From the sequence record PX880099.1: DNA of 64,000 bases; one strand, 5' to 3'. The notes under the pieces were generated by a model. It was not told the origin of the DNA. It searched no databases and saw nothing but the letters and a program-made list of their open reading frames with translations. Every line of letters begins with the position of its first letter. Within the stretch, counting starts at the first letter, position 1. This DNA comes from a phage. A program made the translations under genes and the position numbers. Below are positions 34,075 through 43,342 of this stretch, piece by piece.

Positions 34075-34265
34075 TGTTTGTTTTCTTGGCAATTGTTATG
34101 GTGGTTCTTTTCGCTGTATGGCTTTGGGATTTTGACCCAGGAGCCGCGCAGCAAAGAGCTACAGACTTGAAAGAACAATGTATTGTGCTCAAACATGAAC
34201 GAAATGCGGAGAAATTTCTTGACCTGGAGTGTGATCGCCTTGTAAGATACAAGCAAGATAAATAA
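34065..34265 (+). CDS. small membrane protein
   Basis: MPIVFVFLAIVMVVLFAVWLW after CAGGAGG. Confidence 0.45.
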   Translation: MPIVFVFLAIVMVVLFAVWLWDFDPGAAQQRATDLKEQCIVLKHERNAEKFLDLECDRLVRYKQDK

Positions 34266-34279
34266 CCTTGAGGTGCAAA

Positions 34280-34468
34280 ATGGTAATTGAGATTAAACTT
34301 GAATATGCTGGGGCTGTTGCCTTGATCGCACAAATGCTTGGAGCAAAGATTGAAGAAGTGTATATCAACGCCTGGAGCGTAGAGATTGATGTTCCTATGG
34401 ACAACATTGCTAATCGCTTGCTGGTGGCAGAGTGTGAACGCACCAACATAATCTACAAAGGAACATAA
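34280..34468 (+). CDS. small hypothetical protein
   Basis: ATG (MVIEIKL) after GAGGTG. Confidence 0.45.
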   Translation: MVIEIKLEYAGAVALIAQMLGAKIEEVYINAWSVEIDVPMDNIANRLLVAECERTNIIYKGT

Positions 34469-34469
34469 T

Positions 34470-34691
34470 ATGAAAATTAGAGTTTGTGATGTATTGGGTT
34501 ATGTTGGTTTTGAGAATGTTCAGATTCCTTTTGTTGTTGAAGCACATCTTGTTAGTGAGGATATGACAACATTCTTTGTTACGATAGAAGAAATGTCCAA
34601 AGTTGAGGGATGGGAGTGGTTTGAAGAAGATGTTTGGGAAGGTTGTGATTACGTATTTTTCTCTGACGAAGTGAATGTTCTTGCGGAGTAG
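34470..34691 (+). CDS. hypothetical protein
   Basis: 73 aa ORF. Confidence 0.5.
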   Translation: MKIRVCDVLGYVGFENVQIPFVVEAHLVSEDMTTFFVTIEEMSKVEGWEWFEEDVWEGCDYVFFSDEVNVLAE

Positions 34692-34693
34692 GT

Positions 34694-34900
34694 ATGTCTT
34701 GTTTTACAAAAGCAGTCTCCATATGTAAGAAACAGTATGAAAGTGATTACGGAATATTTAATATTCCAGTAGATCATACAGTGTATTGTTCATGTGGTGG
34801 CAGAATGAAGAAAACAGTGATTTATGCGGATAATGGAGATGAACTTGTTCCAGTTATGGTTTGCAAAGCTTGTCATTCTGTTAAAACATTAAAAGCGTAA
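34694..34900 (+). CDS. small zinc-ribbon-like protein
   Basis: CSCGG...CKACH cysteine pairs. Confidence 0.5.
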   Translation: MSCFTKAVSICKKQYESDYGIFNIPVDHTVYCSCGGRMKKTVIYADNGDELVPVMVCKACHSVKTLKA

Positions 34901-34996
34901 GGAGTCGGGACACCCGACGATTGGAGCTAAAAATTTTGCGTACAACCCTTTCCGCCCAACAGGGGGCGCATCGGGTAAACAAAGAGGAGAGTTTAT

Positions 34997-35395
34997 ATGA
35001 AAAAGATTATCGTAGGTTTATTGTTACTCATTGCATCTCTTGGAACAGCGAATGCATCTCAAGTTTATGAGTGTGTATCAGACGTAGTTGTTAAAAATCT
35101 GAAAGGTGAAGTGATTTCTGGTCCTAAGAAAATGGCTTCTGTTGTCATTAATAAAGACAACTCCTTTATCCTTAAAAATTCGGGTGGTGCTTTGATGAGC
35201 GGTATTCTTCAAAACACAGGAGGAAAGAGTAAAGATGGAAGTTCTATGTACGGTTCACAGCAGTTTATTGGCACTACCGAAGTTGTGATGATGCGCACAG
35301 AGTATCGAGATACTTTAGCTTGGTTTGCATTTCTAAAAAATGATAAAACAATAACGAATGTTCTTACTCTAGAAGCTGATTGTACGCAACGATAA
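34997..35395 (+). CDS. secreted protein (signal peptide)
   Basis: MKKIIVGLLLLIASLGTANA. Confidence 0.55.
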   Translation: MKKIIVGLLLLIASLGTANASQVYECVSDVVVKNLKGEVISGPKKMASVVINKDNSFILKNSGGALMSGILQNTGGKSKDGSSMYGSQQFIGTTEVVMMRTEYRDTLAWFAFLKNDKTITNVLTLEADCTQR

Positions 35396-35403
35396 GGGGA
35401 TTT

Positions 35404-35850
35404 ATGACTAAAGTGAGGCATTACGCTGTAAACTGCAACGATGCTTGGCGTTTGTGTCCTGATGATCCGACAGAAGGCACATTTGTAAGATATGAGGATT
35501 ATAAAGAGTTATCGGATGCTGTGATCGCATTGTTAACTGATATCCGTTCACGTTATCCAGGACAAGATTTCACTTGCCCTCACATCAAACTTCTTGCTTG
35601 TCTGGTAGAAGGTGAGAAAGAAGTGGAAGATGGCTTCAAGCGTGTAGAGTATCAAGGTGAAACTTTAGAGGTTCCTGAATTTGTTAATTATATTGCAACA
35701 GATTCGAGTGGCGAGCGTTATGGCTACAGCCATAAGCCAGAGATTCCTGATTGGATTCCCGCTTGGAGATATTCCGTTAGGACCGGAGACTATATCTTCC
35801 TTGGTGTAGGTAGTAGTAAGGATTGGCGTTTCTCTTTGACAGAGGTTTAA
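35404..35850 (+). CDS. hypothetical protein
   Basis: ATG (MTKVRHY) after AAGGGGA. Confidence 0.5.
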   Translation: MTKVRHYAVNCNDAWRLCPDDPTEGTFVRYEDYKELSDAVIALLTDIRSRYPGQDFTCPHIKLLACLVEGEKEVEDGFKRVEYQGETLEVPEFVNYIATDSSGERYGYSHKPEIPDWIPAWRYSVRTGDYIFLGVGSSKDWRFSLTEV

Positions 35851-35854
35851 TAAT

Positions 35855-36118
35855 ATGGAAGAAACATTACCAGCAGCATATCGTTTGAATGATGAGCGTA
35901 TTTGGGAGTGGACCGACGTTTCTTGTTTTTACCCTGAAATAGTTCAGTATTGGCGAGCGAAAGGGTGTGTTGTAGTTATCAACCCTTGTGGACCAGTGGA
36001 TGAAGATTGCTTGTATCTCGATGGAAAGTGGCACAGTTATTGTCGCTGGCCTTTTGAGTGGATGTGTAAAGAAGATCTCCCAGAGGGTTGGGAGTATCCA
36101 AAAGCAAATAGGAGATAA
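35855..36118 (+). CDS. hypothetical Cys/Trp-rich protein
   Basis: 87 aa ORF. Confidence 0.5.
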   Translation: MEETLPAAYRLNDERIWEWTDVSCFYPEIVQYWRAKGCVVVINPCGPVDEDCLYLDGKWHSYCRWPFEWMCKEDLPEGWEYPKANRR

Positions 36119-36119
36119 T

Positions 36120-36482
36120 ATGTCTAAAGATTTTGTTGAAGTGTTTGTCAAAGATGAAGAAACTGGTTTAGGCACGGGTTTCATTTGTGAAGAAACTTTT
36201 AAACGTGAACAAGAAAAAGCTATCCTTATGCGAAACTATGATCATGCACTAGAACAATGGAAAAATGCAGAACAAAAATGCAAAAACCTTTATGCAGAAA
36301 ATAGAAAACTACAAGATCAAATGGAGTTGTTAGCTATCAGTTTACGATCTCTCATTTTGGCTGTAGAAGATGGTTTTAAAAATCCAGATGGTTTTCCTGT
36401 GAGCGATATTGAACATGATTTGTATCTTGCTCGTGGTGCTTACTTTTATGTTAAACAGAAGTCTGTAGAAGGAGAGAAGTGA
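36120..36482 (+). CDS. hypothetical protein, coiled-coil-like
   Basis: ATG (MSKDFVEV) after AGGAGA. Confidence 0.5.
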   Translation: MSKDFVEVFVKDEETGLGTGFICEETFKREQEKAILMRNYDHALEQWKNAEQKCKNLYAENRKLQDQMELLAISLRSLILAVEDGFKNPDGFPVSDIEHDLYLARGAYFYVKQKSVEGEK

Positions 36483-36679
36483 TGGAAGAAAAACTGGAAC
36501 GTATTATCGAGTTAGCCATGTCTATTGGCTACGACGATTGTTTTCTCCAAACTATTGGAGAAACACAGAACGATTACGACTCTTGGGTGAAAGAGTTGGA
36601 AGAACTCAAAACTTCCTTGATTGCTGACTTTGCTGAAGCAGAGGATAAAGCGGATCGTTACAACTATCTGTGTCGATAA
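36479..36679 (+). CDS. hypothetical protein
   Basis: 66 aa ORF, SD GGAGAG. Confidence 0.5.
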   Translation: MMEEKLERIIELAMSIGYDDCFLQTIGETQNDYDSWVKELEELKTSLIADFAEAEDKADRYNYLCR

Positions 36680-36683
36680 ACCT

Positions 36684-36712
36684 TGACATTTCTTTTATGT
36701 ATGGTATACATA
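36684..36712 (+). promoter_or_regulatory. sigma70-type promoter
   Basis: TTGACA with A/T-rich -10 region (TATACA/TACATA) 15-17 bp downstream. Confidence 0.4.
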
Positions 36713-36740
36713 CATTATCAACACAGATAAGGAGAGAAAA

Positions 36741-37085
36741 ATGATTAAACTCTTATGTGCAGAGTCTTCTGTCGAGTTCCTTAAAGAGGGTAAGCAGTAT
36801 CTAGCTTCCCAAGTTATAGATAATCCAGGTTTGTTTTATATTACAGACGAAGAAGGGGATACCCTGTGTATCTCTTTGATTATGGATTGTGGTCGGTTTC
36901 ATGTAATTGAGGATGACACTATTCGTCTCTTTGAGGTTTCCTACACAAAAGACAATGGTCCTGTCCGTAAATATCAAATTCCAGCAAAATCCGCCTTTAA
37001 CGCATGTGTACGATTAGGTCAAATCTACGGGGACGATAAAGATTGTCGTGAAGATGTATTTATCAACGTGATCGAGGTAAAATAA
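36741..37085 (+). CDS. hypothetical protein
   Basis: 114 aa ORF, SD AAGGAGAG. Confidence 0.55.
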   Translation: MIKLLCAESSVEFLKEGKQYLASQVIDNPGLFYITDEEGDTLCISLIMDCGRFHVIEDDTIRLFEVSYTKDNGPVRKYQIPAKSAFNACVRLGQIYGDDKDCREDVFINVIEVK

Positions 37086-37411
37086 TGAAAACAAGTAAAG
37101 ATTTGATGGAGTTTTATAAAATTTATCTAGCATGGATTGATGTTGGTGCTCCTGATGGTAAACCTTTTCGGCGGGATTGTGGTTTGTGTGCCAACTTGTT
37201 CGATTATGTGCACAGAGGTAATTACAACCCCATTATAACAACCTTGTCAGATGAAATGCACGCACAGTTTTACCATAAAGGGTTGAATCAAGGACTCCCT
37301 TTCAATGAGAACTACGATGCATATGTCTTAGAGTCAGATGCAGATGCCTGTCACCTGAACGTGGACAGAATTAATTGGGTAAGAGATCGTATTGCAGAGG
37401 AGGATGAATAA
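37085..37411 (+). CDS. paralog family A member 3
   Basis: FYKIYLAWI...GLCANL...GLPF...RINWVRDRI. Confidence 0.6.
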   Translation: MKTSKDLMEFYKIYLAWIDVGAPDGKPFRRDCGLCANLFDYVHRGNYNPIITTLSDEMHAQFYHKGLNQGLPFNENYDAYVLESDADACHLNVDRINWVRDRIAEEDE

Positions 37412-37638
37412 TGTCGGATTATAACTGGTATGAACTTGAAGCTGTTTGTCAGTTTTATGATTCAATAGTTCTACGTGATCCAATCTGTCAAGAATTGAGT
37501 CGCCGTGCAAGTGCATTGGCAATCCGTGTTAAAATAAATGGTTGGAACCCAGACTTGGAAAAAGAGTTGGAATTTCTCTTAGAAACAACACGTGTCTTCC
37601 ACAAAGTGTTCCCTGAATGGTTTGAGATGGAAGAATGA
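37411..37638 (+). CDS. hypothetical protein
   Basis: 75 aa ORF, SD GAGGAGGA. Confidence 0.5.
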   Translation: MSDYNWYELEAVCQFYDSIVLRDPICQELSRRASALAIRVKINGWNPDLEKELEFLLETTRVFHKVFPEWFEMEE

Positions 37639-37856
37639 TCATGTGGATTGTGCGTCTTAAGTATGATGGCCCTAATCCTTGGGTGAGAACAGTTTGCGGA
37701 TGTGATACTAAAGAGTCAGCAGATAAAGCTGGAAGAATGATAAGTGCCTTTTATAATAGTAAACCTCTTTGTTTAGAAATGTCTGGTGTGGTTTGTATGA
37801 GCATGTTCGAATACTACTCTTATGAGATCAAAGAACACCAAGGAGAATGGAAATAA
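37635..37856 (+). CDS. hypothetical protein
   Basis: 73 aa ORF, ATGA-coupled. Confidence 0.5.
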   Translation: MIMWIVRLKYDGPNPWVRTVCGCDTKESADKAGRMISAFYNSKPLCLEMSGVVCMSMFEYYSYEIKEHQGEWK

Positions 37857-37860
37857 ATCG

Positions 37861-37889
37861 TTGACAGAAGGATCTGTCTTTGTCATAAT
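37861..37889 (+). promoter_or_regulatory. sigma70-type promoter with GACAGA..TCTGTC palindrome
   Basis: TTGACA-17-CATAAT. Confidence 0.45.
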
Positions 37890-37918
37890 CATCTCATCGA
37901 AACAAAGAGGAGAAAATC

Positions 37919-38332
37919 ATGAAAAAGTTTATTTGCACCCGTTCCACTAACAGTGATATCCTTGTAGGTAAGGTTATCAAAGGAGAACTCTTCCATGCAA
38001 ACGGTAAGAAATATATTCTGCTGAAAGATTCTTTCAACGGGGAATATCCGCGCTGCACTTTCTTCAATTACAACACTCCGTTTGCTTTAGAAGGAGATGC
38101 TTGGGAATGGGCTGAACTCAATCCTTGTTGTGAGGAAGAAGAATCTATGTTCTTAGGTTTAAACGTTTACCGTGTAGATTACACCATGTGCGGAGCGGAA
38201 CATTCTGTTCGCGTAGAAGCCGAATCCAAACTACAAGCACCTTTCAAGGCAGGATTGACTTTGGGTCATTGTTTGGCAAACATTGAAGATGTTGTGATCC
38301 AAAGAGTTGTTTTAGAGAAAGAGGCTATTTGA
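37919..38332 (+). CDS. hypothetical protein
   Basis: 137 aa ORF, SD AGAGGAGAAAA. Confidence 0.55.
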   Translation: MKKFICTRSTNSDILVGKVIKGELFHANGKKYILLKDSFNGEYPRCTFFNYNTPFALEGDAWEWAELNPCCEEEESMFLGLNVYRVDYTMCGAEHSVRVEAESKLQAPFKAGLTLGHCLANIEDVVIQRVVLEKEAI

Positions 38333-38384
38333 GAGAAGACGGCACAATATTTAAATATAAAGATTAACCACAAAGGAGATAGAT

Positions 38385-38684
38385 ATGCAAGTTGAAGACC
38401 TGATCAAAATTTTGAATGAAGCCAAAGAGAAAGGTGCTATCAAGGACTGGAAACGTGAAACAAGTGAAGACCTATCTCACTGTTGCCGAGAATTTTACAT
38501 CGAAGGTATTGCTAACGATCATTATACTATTGAATGGTATATTAACTTAATGACTCTTAAACACGGTTCATTTGAGGTTTGGTTTGATGACATTGATGTA
38601 AATGGTTTTCATCCTGGCTATAAAATCGCTATGCAGTTATCTTATCGTAGAGAAGTTGTAGCACATTTGGGTTTACATAACTAA
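38385..38684 (+). CDS. hypothetical protein
   Basis: 99 aa ORF, SD AAAGGAGA. Confidence 0.55.
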   Translation: MQVEDLIKILNEAKEKGAIKDWKRETSEDLSHCCREFYIEGIANDHYTIEWYINLMTLKHGSFEVWFDDIDVNGFHPGYKIAMQLSYRREVVAHLGLHN

Positions 38685-38694
38685 GGAGAAAAGA

Positions 38695-39018
38695 ATGCAA
38701 GCAGTTGTTAACGAAGCTATTATGAACTTATCCTTCTTGTTAGCTGGTTTAGGAGGTGTTCTCATAGGTTTGGCTCTTATCTGGTGTATTCGTCGATTAA
38801 TCGGGTACCGACAAAAAGGTGTTTCATGTTTTGTATCTTACAATTTTACAACTGCTTACAGCAATGAGGTTGGATCTGGTAATGCTCAAGCATTTTTACC
38901 AACATATCCTCCTACGGTGGAAGATATTCGAAACTTGGAAGTAGAACTTATGGGACTAAGTGATAACTATACATCTCTCGTTATTCAAAATATTTTTCGA
39001 CTAAAACAGGAGGCGTGA
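38695..39018 (+). CDS. membrane-anchored hypothetical protein
   Basis: N-terminal hydrophobic LSFLLAGLGGVLIGLALIWCI. Confidence 0.5.
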   Translation: MQAVVNEAIMNLSFLLAGLGGVLIGLALIWCIRRLIGYRQKGVSCFVSYNFTTAYSNEVGSGNAQAFLPTYPPTVEDIRNLEVELMGLSDNYTSLVIQNIFRLKQEA

Positions 39019-39231
39019 ATGAAGGCACATTACCCTCATCCCTTTGATCCTAAAAACAAAGCCGTAATTCTTCGTCAGTGGCAACGGGTTTGTCGTACTA
39101 AATGTCCAATTAATAGCCAACACAATGTGGACAAGGACTATCTTGGGACATTTGTTGAATACACTTACATAGACAAAAACAAGCGTAAACAACATGTCGA
39201 GGAATACTGTTTAAGAGTAGAATGGCTGTAA
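39019..39231 (+). CDS. hypothetical protein
   Basis: 70 aa ORF, SD CAGGAGG. Confidence 0.5.
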   Translation: MKAHYPHPFDPKNKAVILRQWQRVCRTKCPINSQHNVDKDYLGTFVEYTYIDKNKRKQHVEEYCLRVEWL

Positions 39232-39243
39232 ATAATAAATACC

Positions 39244-39272
39244 TTGACAAGTGTTTATTCGTTTTGTAAAGT
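39244..39272 (+). promoter_or_regulatory. sigma70-type promoter upstream of the recombinase gene
   Basis: TTGACA-17-TAAAGT. Confidence 0.45.
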
Positions 39273-39301
39273 GAGAATACAGCAATGGTTTAGGAGTGGT
39301 T

Positions 39302-39973
39302 ATGAAAAAGTTTGTTGTTTACAGTCGTCTTTCTAAACAGAAAAAAGGTGAGGCACAATATGGTATGGAGAGCCAAGAGAATGATATCCGTTACTTCTTA
39401 GACTCTGTGCCTGATGCGGAAGTTATTGGTCAATTTTCTGAATACTATTCTGGTAAGGGCGATTGGAAGCAACGTAAGGAACTGGTTAAAGCGGTTGAAA
39501 TGTGTAAAGCTACCGGAGCAACTTTATTGGTAGCTAAAGTTGACCGCTTGGGTCGTAACAACGCCTCCGTAGCAACTCTTCTGGAGATGATCGATGTTAA
39601 GATAGCCATCATGCCAGACGCAGATAAAATGGTTATACAGCTTCTATCTGTTCTGGCTGAACAAGAAGTTAGAGGTATTGCTGATCGTATTAAAAAGGGT
39701 CTTGCTGTAGCAAAAAGTAAAGGTGTTTTATTAGGTAGTGCTAATCCTAAAACTGCCGCTGCACGTAGAAAAGGAAAAATGGAATACAACTCTGTTAAAG
39801 CAGACGCTTTTGCAGAGACATTCCGTGAACGCTTGGAGATCCTTAGAGATTTAAATACACCTTACAAAACTATTGCTGAAAAATTCAATAGTAAGAAAAT
39901 AGCAACAGCACGTGGTGGTAAATGGGATGCTAAAACTGTTTCTCGTTTGTGTGCCAGACTTAACATTAAATAG
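39302..39973 (+). CDS. serine recombinase (resolvase/invertase family)
   Basis: 223 aa; VVYSRLSKQ catalytic-serine region, LLVAKVDRLGRN, C-terminal HTH-like segment; ATG after AGGAG. Confidence 0.6.
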   Translation: MKKFVVYSRLSKQKKGEAQYGMESQENDIRYFLDSVPDAEVIGQFSEYYSGKGDWKQRKELVKAVEMCKATGATLLVAKVDRLGRNNASVATLLEMIDVKIAIMPDADKMVIQLLSVLAEQEVRGIADRIKKGLAVAKSKGVLLGSANPKTAAARRKGKMEYNSVKADAFAETFRERLEILRDLNTPYKTIAEKFNSKKIATARGGKWDAKTVSRLCARLNIK

Positions 39974-39981
39974 GAGAGGAT

Positions 39982-40392
39982 ATGAAACAAGAAAATGAAT
40001 CTGTAGATCACTTAATCATGCTGTCAACCCTTTTTGCCGGATGGGACGTATTTTTTGAAAATTTGTTCAATTCTGCTACAGATGGTTCCGATTTTATGCG
40101 GCAGTTTAAACGACGAACTGTTGAGGACTATGCTTTCTATTCAGGTCGGATTGAAAAAGGTTACGAAGATACAAATACAACACTCACCATTAAAGTTTTA
40201 GATGTGATGTTTAGTGTTATAGATGCTATCGACGAAAGTCTTCCGATCCTGGACAATTGTAATACGAAAGCCTATGTTTACAAAATAGCCCGTGCTTATG
40301 TGTCTGCAAACAGTTGTCTTCTTTCCACGCAGATTGCCGTGAACAATCTTGCCAACTTGTTCGACGAAGGAGAAACTTTTTATGACAATTGA
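39982..40392 (+). CDS. hypothetical protein
   Basis: 136 aa ORF, SD AGGAGAGGA. Confidence 0.55.
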   Translation: MKQENESVDHLIMLSTLFAGWDVFFENLFNSATDGSDFMRQFKRRTVEDYAFYSGRIEKGYEDTNTTLTIKVLDVMFSVIDAIDESLPILDNCNTKAYVYKIARAYVSANSCLLSTQIAVNNLANLFDEGETFYDN

Positions 40393-40747
40393 TTTGAAGT
40401 GTAAAAGGATTCTTTTAGATTTCTATAATAATTGGTTAGAACACCTCCGTCTCTTTCCAAGAGAAAGTGGTTACGCTGATGTTGGCTTATGCCGAGGTCT
40501 ACGTATGTATATAAGTGATGAATTTCGGGCCGAGCATTCTTTAGCATATTCTGTTTATGGTATGCAATTAGCCAGTTTTGAAAACGCTGGCTTAGATACA
40601 ACTTTCCCATTTAACACAGCAAAATCTTTTGAGCAAGAGTGTAAGGAAAAACGTTGCATGTTTAATGAAAAACGTGTACAGTGGGTTAAGGATCGAGTTA
40701 AACAACTGGAACAAGAGTTGGATTTCTTCTATGATGAGGCAGAATAA
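40382..40747 (+). CDS. paralog family A member 4
   Basis: ATG (MTIDLKC) after GAAGGAGAA; FYNNWL...GLCRGL...TFPF...RVQWVKDRV. Confidence 0.55.
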   Translation: MTIDLKCKRILLDFYNNWLEHLRLFPRESGYADVGLCRGLRMYISDEFRAEHSLAYSVYGMQLASFENAGLDTTFPFNTAKSFEQECKEKRCMFNEKRVQWVKDRVKQLEQELDFFYDEAE

Positions 40748-41019
40748 TGGATAGACAAACCTTAAAAACAATGGCAGATGCCACTAATTCCCCGTACTTT
40801 GAAAAAGTAAGTAAATTGGTAGCTCAAGCCGCAGAGGAAGGATATTATAACATAAACATCCACAACCCAAGTCTTATACTAGAAATGCCAAGTGATAAGA
40901 AGATACAAGAAAGTATCTGTGAAGGTATTGTTAGTTACTGGCGCGAGCGTGGGTGTGGTGCAAACATGGCTTTAGACAGTGCAAACATTGTAAGATATAT
41001 AAATATTTCTTGGGGGTGA
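40747..41019 (+). CDS. hypothetical protein
   Basis: 90 aa ORF. Confidence 0.5.
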   Translation: MDRQTLKTMADATNSPYFEKVSKLVAQAAEEGYYNINIHNPSLILEMPSDKKIQESICEGIVSYWRERGCGANMALDSANIVRYINISWG

Positions 41020-41023
41020 TTTT

Positions 41024-41635
41024 ATGATTCAATGCACTCATATCCAAATTACTTGGAGAGATGAACTTTACCATTTGGGACAATTTACTGTAGGGGAAAC
41101 ATACCCTATCATTAAACATAATCCTAACATCGCAAACTTTGACAGGATGGTTCTTGTTGAGGACGATCTAGGTCAAACTTATTCTTTAGATCTAAAATAT
41201 CCGTTTTCTTACGGCTACGATTGGATCGTTACTTTTGAAGACGTGGAGGAAAATAAAACAATGAACGAAAAAAATTCTTGGTATTATCGTTGTGAACTGC
41301 CGCCAGTAGGTGAAAAGGTTATCTTTGTTCCTGATTTGGAAAGATATTCTTGGGACAGTTCTTATTCTGTTCCTAAAGAAGGCACCGAAGTTGAAGTTAT
41401 TGCACATCGCACAACTTCGCATGGTAACGATGTAGCAGTTGTTTTCTGGGATGATGAAGGCGCTGCTTGTGCAGGTGGCTTTGTTGCAGGTAATTTTGAA
41501 CCCCTGCCAGATCCTTTGAAGGAGGCAATTTTAGGCGTAGCTTCTTTTGGACTCTCTTACACATCTGCACAGGAGATCGTAGAAGGTATTTTAAACGGTA
41601 CCGTTCCAAACGAAATTTTCAAACAGATTAAATAA
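41024..41635 (+). CDS. hypothetical protein
   Basis: 203 aa ORF. Confidence 0.55.
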   Translation: MIQCTHIQITWRDELYHLGQFTVGETYPIIKHNPNIANFDRMVLVEDDLGQTYSLDLKYPFSYGYDWIVTFEDVEENKTMNEKNSWYYRCELPPVGEKVIFVPDLERYSWDSSYSVPKEGTEVEVIAHRTTSHGNDVAVVFWDDEGAACAGGFVAGNFEPLPDPLKEAILGVASFGLSYTSAQEIVEGILNGTVPNEIFKQIK

Positions 41636-41640
41636 CAGTT

Positions 41641-41668
41641 GCACCCCGTTCTTCGGGGTGTTATTGTA
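41641..41668 (+). terminator. terminator-like hairpin
   Basis: GCACCCCG-TTCTT-CGGGGTG followed by TTATTGTAT. Confidence 0.5.
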
Positions 41669-41686
41669 TACGTAAAGGAGGAGATA

Positions 41687-42025
41687 ATGTATTACACTGA
41701 AGACTACATACTGTATAACTTTTTTAAAGGCTGGTTGAAATGGGCTGAACAAGCTCCTGTCGGAGATTGTGTTTTTCCTTGGGATTCTCGTCAAGGTTTG
41801 TGTCGTTGTTTGGAAGATTGGCTTATAACCACAAACTACAACTCAGAAACTAAGAAATCTACATCACAGAGACTAAAAATGTTATTTGAAGAAGATGGTT
41901 TAGATCCGATTTATCCTTTCGGTGAGGAAAGTTTCCACAATGGTCTTTTCCTTGGCACTCAACATTATGATAAAGATCGTGTAGATTGGGTAAAAGAAAA
42001 GGTAGCACAGTATGAATGGGGTTAA
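41687..42025 (+). CDS. paralog family A member 5
   Basis: ATG (MYYTEDY) after AAGGAGGAG; FFKGWL...GLCRCL...IYPF...RVDWVKEKV. Confidence 0.55.
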   Translation: MYYTEDYILYNFFKGWLKWAEQAPVGDCVFPWDSRQGLCRCLEDWLITTNYNSETKKSTSQRLKMLFEEDGLDPIYPFGEESFHNGLFLGTQHYDKDRVDWVKEKVAQYEWG

Positions 42026-42215
42026 GAATTATCACCGCTGGTTAGAAAGCTATCTTAAGAAATGTGAACTTGGTGTTCCAGGTTATACTTACGACACGGA
42101 CGAGATTCTTGATGAAATGGAAGTTTGGTTTAAAGAGCCTCGTGAACTATTGGCAAATATTCTAATGGCTTGGGATGGTACGGCACAAAGCATCGGAGGA
42201 GGTAGAAATGAGTAA
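42012..42215 (+). CDS. hypothetical protein
   Basis: 67 aa ORF. Confidence 0.45.
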   Translation: MNGVKNYHRWLESYLKKCELGVPGYTYDTDEILDEMEVWFKEPRELLANILMAWDGTAQSIGGGRNE

Positions 42216-42342
42216 GAAATTGTTTAATATTCGTGAGAACCGTGATGGATCGTTCTCTGTAGTCAATGAGTTTAACGTTTCGGTTGGGACTTTTATTACT
42301 AAACGTCAAGCAGAACAAGTAAGAGATACTTTAAACAAGTAA
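42208..42342 (+). CDS. small protein (44 aa)
   Basis: Hand-translated MSKKLFNIRENRDGSFSVVNEF..., SD GGAGGAGG. Confidence 0.4.
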   Translation: MSKKLFNIRENRDGSFSVVNEFNVSVGTFITKRQAEQVRDTLNK

Positions 42343-42359
42343 GTTTTTAAGGGGGACTT

Positions 42360-42779
42360 ATGTTAGGTAACATCAAAGCTTTTTTCAAACGTATTGTTGA
42401 AGGAAGTCCAACAGAAGGTGCATTAGGAAGATCTCTAACAGGAGAACCCCTTGCCATAATTTCTATCAGTCGGCATGGTGGATATTCCATTCGACAAACA
42501 CCTTTAGGTATAGAAGGTAGTATGCTTTCTTGGACAATATCTCAAGTTGGTGATAACAGACTTGCAGCTATAGCGTTACTTCGTGGGGAGTATGACTATT
42601 GTTTATCAGCATCTTGTAAAAAGCACCTCATAGAGCACATTAGAGACAGAGTAGAAAGAGAAGGCGGATACTTCTTCGAAACTAAGAGAAACGAACAAGG
42701 AACTCTTGACTTCACTAAGGTTTACTGGGACAATCATACTCGTCAAACTGTTGAACAACTTCTGGAGGAAAGATGTTAA
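42360..42779 (+). CDS. hypothetical protein
   Basis: 139 aa ORF, SD AAGGGGGA. Confidence 0.55.
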   Translation: MLGNIKAFFKRIVEGSPTEGALGRSLTGEPLAIISISRHGGYSIRQTPLGIEGSMLSWTISQVGDNRLAAIALLRGEYDYCLSASCKKHLIEHIRDRVEREGGYFFETKRNEQGTLDFTKVYWDNHTRQTVEQLLEERC

Positions 42780-42982
42780 AAGCTTTTGCTGTATACTCTA
42801 CTGTAGGATTCTTTTATTGGATTATAGTTATTGTCGGATGTTGGTTAGGTTCTTGTGTTGTGATGGGAGAATGGTTAACATACAATGTATTCGAATGGGA
42901 TGTAGTTTGTAGATCATTACTTGTTATATGGACTGCTATTGTTTGTTGGATAACTGTTAGTCTAACATTAGATCTATATTGA
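42773..42982 (+). CDS. small membrane protein
   Basis: Hydrophobic FAVYSTVGFFYWIIVIVGCWLGSCVVMG. Confidence 0.5.
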   Translation: MLKAFAVYSTVGFFYWIIVIVGCWLGSCVVMGEWLTYNVFEWDVVCRSLLVIWTAIVCWITVSLTLDLY

Positions 42983-43084
42983 TTAATAGATGGTAGATAG
43001 ATGATCATAGTTTATCTACCTTCACTTACGTTTCATACCTCACTATCGTGAGTAACATGAAACATTATTATATAGAAATCTACT

Positions 43085-43141
43085 ACTCGCTATCGCTCGT
43101 AAACATATGTTTAGGGTACCATACTTTTTTGAAAAAGTCAA
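43085..43141. repeat. conserved 57-bp element, copy 2
   Basis: ACTCGCTATCGCTCG - AAACAT/ATGTTT hairpin - TAGGGTACCATACTTTTTTGAAAAAGTCAA; matches 6916-6972. Confidence 0.6.
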
Positions 43142-43275
43142 TGGTGACTCACCTATCAATTATCTGTTTAAGATAAGTCTTACCTATCAATCTAACTCTT
43201 AACTAGTATTGCACCTATAGTAAGACTATTCCTATAGTTATTAACCCTCTTCTTCTGTAGAATGTAATTAGATCC

Positions 43276-43304
43276 TTGACAAACTCACAAAACTTGTGTT
43301 ACAT
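43276..43304 (+). promoter_or_regulatory. sigma70-type promoter
   Basis: TTGACA-17-TTACAT. Confidence 0.4.
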
Positions 43305-43342
43305 TGTGTCTCACAGGTGAATAATACCGAACAGGAGGAAGA

